DNA from: Nitrospirota bacterium
GTDB taxonomy: Bacteria > Nitrospirota > UBA9217
Direction: 5' to 3'
Assembly (NCBI GenBank): GCA_035516965.1
Contig: DATIZR010000064.1
Coordinates: forward strand, 6,724-70,723
Length of the DNA: 64,000 nt
Positions within the stretch are counted from its first letter, which is position 1. Each line of letters opens with the position of its first letter. The position numbers were made by a program, and so were the translations under genes. Shown here piece by piece: positions 60,440 to 64,000 of this stretch. The notes beneath the pieces are model-generated. The model was not told the origin of the DNA and searched no databases. It saw only the letters and a list, made by a program, of their open reading frames with translations.

Positions 60440-61648
60440 TTACAAAGCCGTTTTCCAGACGAGCCCGGCCGTTGCAGAGCCGATGATGACCGGGATCATG
60501 GGCCATTTCCGGTATTGCATGCCGATAAAGGCTATCACCGATGCCGCAAGCGCGAACCGGTCGAAGCCGCCTGTGTCCGGAAGCAGGGCATGCCGGGTGA
60601 AGTTGACGCCGAGGCTCAGCACGACTCCGACGACCGCTGCCGTGATCGCTGACAATGCCGAAGCGAGCTTGACATTCCTCCGCAGAGATTCGATGTACGG
60701 CGCGCCGATGAAGATCCAGAGCATGGACGGCGTGAAGGTGACCCAGGTCGCGAGCAGCCCTCCGACCGCGCCTGCAAGAGCGGGAGCGAGACCAGGCGTG
60801 TGGGCATAGGCGGCTACATAGGCCACAAACTGATTCACCATGATGAGTGGACCGGGCGTTGTCTCGGCGGGGCCGAGGCCGTCCATCATCTGCTCGGGGA
60901 GAAGCCATCCGTAATAGCCCACCGCCTGCTGACCGATATAACCGAGCACGGCATAGGCCCCGCCGAGGGTCACGACCGCGGCCTTGCTGAACAGGACGCC
61001 GATATCAACCAGGATGTCATCCCATCCGCGCCGGAGACCGAGCGCGATCAGCGGCAGGAACCAGAGAGCCAGACCGATAGCGGCGATCTTCAGTGCCCGG
61101 GTCCAGCCGTTTGCAATGATCTGCGGCTTCAGGTCCGGAGCGGATTGCGCGCCAGTTCCGGCGCTGGTCTGACGCGAATTCAGCAGATAGCCGATCAGGC
61201 CGGCGGAAAGAACGATCACCGGAAACGGCACGTTCAGAAAATATATTGCAATGAACGACGATGCGGCAGGTCCGACGAGACTCGGGTTCTTCAAAGATTT
61301 TTCTCATGCGAATGACCGCCTCCGCGACGATCGCGGCAACTGCCGGCTTCAGGCCGTAGAAGAGCGCAGCTATTGCCGGAACGGTACCGAGCGCCACGTA
61401 GACCCAGCTGAGCCACCAGAGGATGAATATCGACGAAGGACGAAGAGAATGCCGGCCGCGAGCGCTCCCCGGGTCCCGTGCAGGAGCCACCCGACGTACG
61501 TCGCGAGCTGCTGTGCCTCCGGCCCGGGCAGGAGCATGCAAAAGTTCAGGGCGTGCAAAAAGTGGCTTTCGGGCATCCACTTCTTGTTCTCCACCACTTC
61601 CTTGTGCATGATCGGGATCTGTCCCGTGGGACCGCCGAAGCTGATCAA
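60440..61648 (-). pseudogene. chrA: Chromate transporter ChrA interrupted by two -/+1 frameshifts (or base-calling errors in homopolymers)
   Basis: The ChrA N-terminus ([67 protein letters not shown]) is in one frame. The continuation ([14 protein letters not shown]…GLKPAVAAIVAEAVIRM) is in a second frame. The remainder (KSLKNPSLVGPAASSFIAIYFLNVPFPVIVLSAGLIGYL…) is in a third. The shifts fall at a C-run near 61440 and an A5 run near 61283. Confidence 0.7.
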
Positions 61649-61730
61649 CCCGAGCTTGAGCCAGTAAGGGAGCGCCTCGCGGAATGTGATCTTTTCACCC
61701 TGCCTAGATGTCTTCCTTTTTTACAGATAA

Positions 61731-62711
61731 TCAGGATTTCGATTGATACAGCATCTCGAACGCTGCCATACCGCGCTCAAGTCCGTCGGTGTCGTTCTTT
61801 GCCGTCTTGCGGATGCCAGCGAGTATTTCCTCAACACCTGGCGCCTCAGGCTTACCGTACTTATCGTCTTTTACGTCGAGGTCATGTACGATCTCGGCTA
61901 TCTTTTTGACCGCCTTGTCTTTGATCCCGAAGGATTTCACCAGCACCTCAAAAGTGCAGAAATCGCCGACATGGGTAAAAGCTGCGCCGCGCATATCGAA
62001 AGCCAAAGTAGTATTGTCGAGCGAAGCAACGTTCCGCTCGTCAATGAACACGAAAGAGGCTTTCGGATCAATAAATCGTTTGATGAGCCACGCCGACGCC
62101 ATACGATCCACAAAGGGGTTCTTACGGGTAGCCCAGTTTTTCCCTTGATAGTCCTGCAGCCGCCGTGCCGTGACCGTAGCCGCTTCTGCCGAAGCCCTTT
62201 TTCCAGTTTCCCGCAACGCTGCGTCCAGCGCCTGGATGCGCTTTCTCATTGTCTGACCCGTTGGGGAAGAGAAATAGTCGCGCTTGCCTGCTTCTTCGAA
62301 TTCCTTGCTGAACTTCGCGGCCTCAGCAGCGAGACGCTTGCCTTCCTCGCTTTTCGTGCCCTTCCGAACGCCCTGGATCTTCCGTTCGAGAACATCGAGA
62401 TTCTTTTCAAGCCGGTTGTACTCCTGGTCCGCTTGCATGGTGAAGAGCCGCCGAATATCGACATCGGTCATGGTCCCGATCTCGGCGGTTCTGACGAACG
62501 CGCCGTCTCCGCCCATGGTCTTCACCTCGCCGATGAGCCATTGCAGGAACTCTTCATGCTCTTCCGTGGCGGGAAGGATGTAGACGGCGCCTTTGAGCTG
62601 CACGGCCCCTGTTTTCGCGAGCTTCCGCCAGATCTTCATCCGGTTGCTCACAGGATGGGACGGCACGCTGTAAAAGATGAGCAGCCATTCCTGGACCCTT
62701 GTTTTCGGCAT
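61731..62711 (-). CDS. chrB: Chromate resistance regulator/protein ChrB (full length)
   Basis: 326 aa. N-terminal ChrB domain plus the C-terminal Chrom_res segment …NPFVDRMASAWLIKRFIDPKASFVFI…. Confidence 0.75.
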   Translation of the reverse strand: MPKTRVQEWLLIFYSVPSHPVSNRMKIWRKLAKTGAVQLKGAVYILPATEEHEEFLQWLIGEVKTMGGDGAFVRTAEIGTMTDVDIRRLFTMQADQEYNRLEKNLDVLERKIQGVRKGTKSEEGKRLAAEAAKFSKEFEEAGKRDYFSSPTGQTMRKRIQALDAALRETGKRASAEAATVTARRLQDYQGKNWATRKNPFVDRMASAWLIKRFIDPKASFVFIDERNVASLDNTTLAFDMRGAAFTHVGDFCTFEVLVKSFGIKDKAVKKIAEIVHDLDVKDDKYGKPEAPGVEEILAGIRKTAKNDTDGLERGMAAFEMLYQSKS

Positions 62712-62764
62712 GATTATGGATTCCCCCTGCTGCCTTCAAGTGATTTGATGCGCGGTGCCTTTGA

Positions 62765-63028
62765 CTAGACGAAGCACAGGTCATCGCCGCCCTGCGCGCA
62801 GTCGTCAGGATGGGCCAGGTTCCAGGCCTCTTGATGCTCCCGGATAATGGCGCGATGGATGTCCTCAAAGTCCGCGGCCTCTGCAAACGCCACCTCGATC
62901 AGATTTTCCTCCAGCGTCTCCCGCCCAATGATCGAACGATGTCCTCCTGTCACGGGTATTCCAACTCCCATCTCGAACAGCGCGGCGTCCGCAAGTGTTT
63001 CTTCCAGTTCTTTGAAGAGCTTTTTCAT
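62765..63028 (-). CDS. Small hypothetical protein (87 aa, acidic)
   Basis: ATG at 63028 with GGAGGTG upstream (MKKLFKELEE…). No family recognised. Confidence 0.4.
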   Translation of the reverse strand: MKKLFKELEETLADAALFEMGVGIPVTGGHRSIIGRETLEENLIEVAFAEAADFEDIHRAIIREHQEAWNLAHPDDCAQGGDDLCFV

Positions 63029-63329
63029 CGTGCACCTCCCCTTATGTAACTCTTGAACATAGAGTAACACATGTTACATTCATTGTCAAGGAAAAAGGTC
63101 CCTTCGGCGGGACGTCACTTCTCTCACGGGGAGATAGTTATTTTTCAATTATTATGAGCTGGCAGGATAGGGCTCTTTTTGAGAGGGAAGGACCCGGGAT
63201 CTTACAAGAAAGGAGTGGAGTGACGAACCCTCAAGGGGAAGGGGCATCTCACGGGAACCGTTTTCACAGGCCCGCGTCAACACGACCGCTGACCGGCAGG
63301 AGAAAGTGCCGGCGTATCCAGGAGGGGGT

Positions 63330-64000
63330 TCAGATGCGTTCGGCGCTCGTTGCCATCACGTTGTGTACGGCCTCGCTCATCTCCCGCACTGTGTAGGGTT
63401 TCACGATGACCCCCAGGAACCCGTAGTCCCGGAAGTTTGCCATGATGGGATCATGAGAATATCCGCTCGATACGATCGCCCTGACCGCGGGATCTAATTC
63501 AAGCAGCCTCTTCATGGTTTCCCTGCCTCCGGTCCCGCCGGGCACGGTCAGGTCAAGGATAACCACGTCAAAGCGCTGTCCCCTGTCGATCGCTTTCCTG
63601 TAGAGCTCGACCGCGTCGTTCCCTTCCGTGGCGAATTCGGTCTCGTACCCCGAGGCCTGAAGGATCTTGCCGGCAGCATCCCGTACGATCTCTTCGTCGT
63701 CCATGATCAGGACCCTTCCCGTCCCGCGGATCAACTTCAGGCCGATGTCGCCCCCTGTTGCTTCTTTTGCCGAAGCAGGGAGAAAGAGCGTGAACGTCGA
63801 TCCTGCCCCCGGCTCGGACTCGACCGTGATGTTTCCGCCGTGCTTTCTGATAATGGAATAAGCTGTGGCAAGCCCCAGGCCGCTCCCTGTCCGTTTCGTC
63901 GTGAAATAGGGGTCGAAGATCCTTGAAAAGTTCTCCTTCGGGATACCCACGCCGTCATCTGCAATGGAAATTTTTACATAGTCCCCGGCCTTCAGCGGCA
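63330..64000 (-). CDS. Hybrid sensor histidine kinase, 3'-partial view (HATPase_c G-boxes plus a C-terminal receiver domain; the gene continues beyond the window end)
   Basis: …TKRTGSGLGLATAYSIIRKHGGNITVESEPGAGSTFTLFLP (G2 box), then a receiver domain …RVLIMDDEEIVRD…DVVILDLTVPGG…. The ORF is open to position 64000. Confidence 0.75.
   Translation of the reverse strand, partial: PLKAGDYVKISIADDGVGIPKENFSRIFDPYFTTKRTGSGLGLATAYSIIRKHGGNITVESEPGAGSTFTLFLPASAKEATGGDIGLKLIRGTGRVLIMDDEEIVRDAAGKILQASGYETEFATEGNDAVELYRKAIDRGQRFDVVILDLTVPGGTGGRETMKRLLELDPAVRAIVSSGYSHDPIMANFRDYGFLGVIVKPYTVREMSEAVHNVMATSAERI

Noticed and set aside
1-64000. CRISPR arrays and transposases, insertion sequences or integrases
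   Set aside because: No regularly spaced direct repeats and no DDE-transposase or tyrosine/serine recombinase-like ORFs were seen in any frame. The only repeats are the tandem pal unit, the intragenic Cys-rich repeat and the 80-nt leader duplicate.

Overview
This 64-kb window is high-GC bacterial chromosome (about 60-65% GC by eye) interrupted by several AT-rich patches. Roughly two-thirds of the identifiable genes are on the minus strand.

Housekeeping content:
- gap (GAPDH)
- a polyamine cluster: Orn/Lys/Arg decarboxylase, speE, speH
- the tail of a cell-division cluster: pgeF, yggS, proC, yggT, divIVA, DUF167
- tmRNA (ssrA) with the tag ANNELALAA

Accessory content:
- The mercury-methylation pair hgcA-hgcB (14495..15867, minus strand), which I think is the most notable locus. 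HgcA carries the diagnostic cap-helix motif NVWCAAGK. HgcB is a 2x[4Fe-4S] ferredoxin with a C-terminal CC tail. The pair is the distal end of a tightly spaced minus-strand gene string: arsR (CVC metal-site type) - metallophosphoesterase - short CDF-like transporter - acr3 arsenite efflux - hgcA - hgcB. A sigma70-like promoter and an ATCAA-N6-TTGAT dyad operator sit upstream of arsR. A RACo-like protein (2Fe-2S ferredoxin + ASKHA ATPase, DUF4445) that could act as a corrinoid reductive activator lies immediately beside hgcAB. A tiny Lys-rich secreted protein is also in that locus.
- An mdtABC-like RND efflux operon (MFP + two RND pumps) preceded by a lone FtsX/MacB-type permease.
- A chromate locus: chrB, a chrA broken by two single-nucleotide homopolymer frameshifts, a tandem usp gene and a ChrB C-domain gene.
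- A low-GC mosaic island at about 25.9-35.2 kb, containing a tandemly duplicated pal-like gene pair, a MarR regulator, a beta-lactamase-like serine hydrolase, an EndoQ-like PHP nuclease and a YetF/DUF421 protein.
- A 5'-truncated protein of more than 1390 aa with PPDK-like ATP-grasp and swivelling-His domains behind a 900-aa unknown N-terminal region.
- An approximately 80-nt conserved leader element that encodes the mini-ORF MFSRTRLLFQYF... upstream of both gap and a lipoprotein gene 30 kb away.

Many long antisense ORFs in the six-frame track are shadow ORFs typical of high-GC DNA and were not called.
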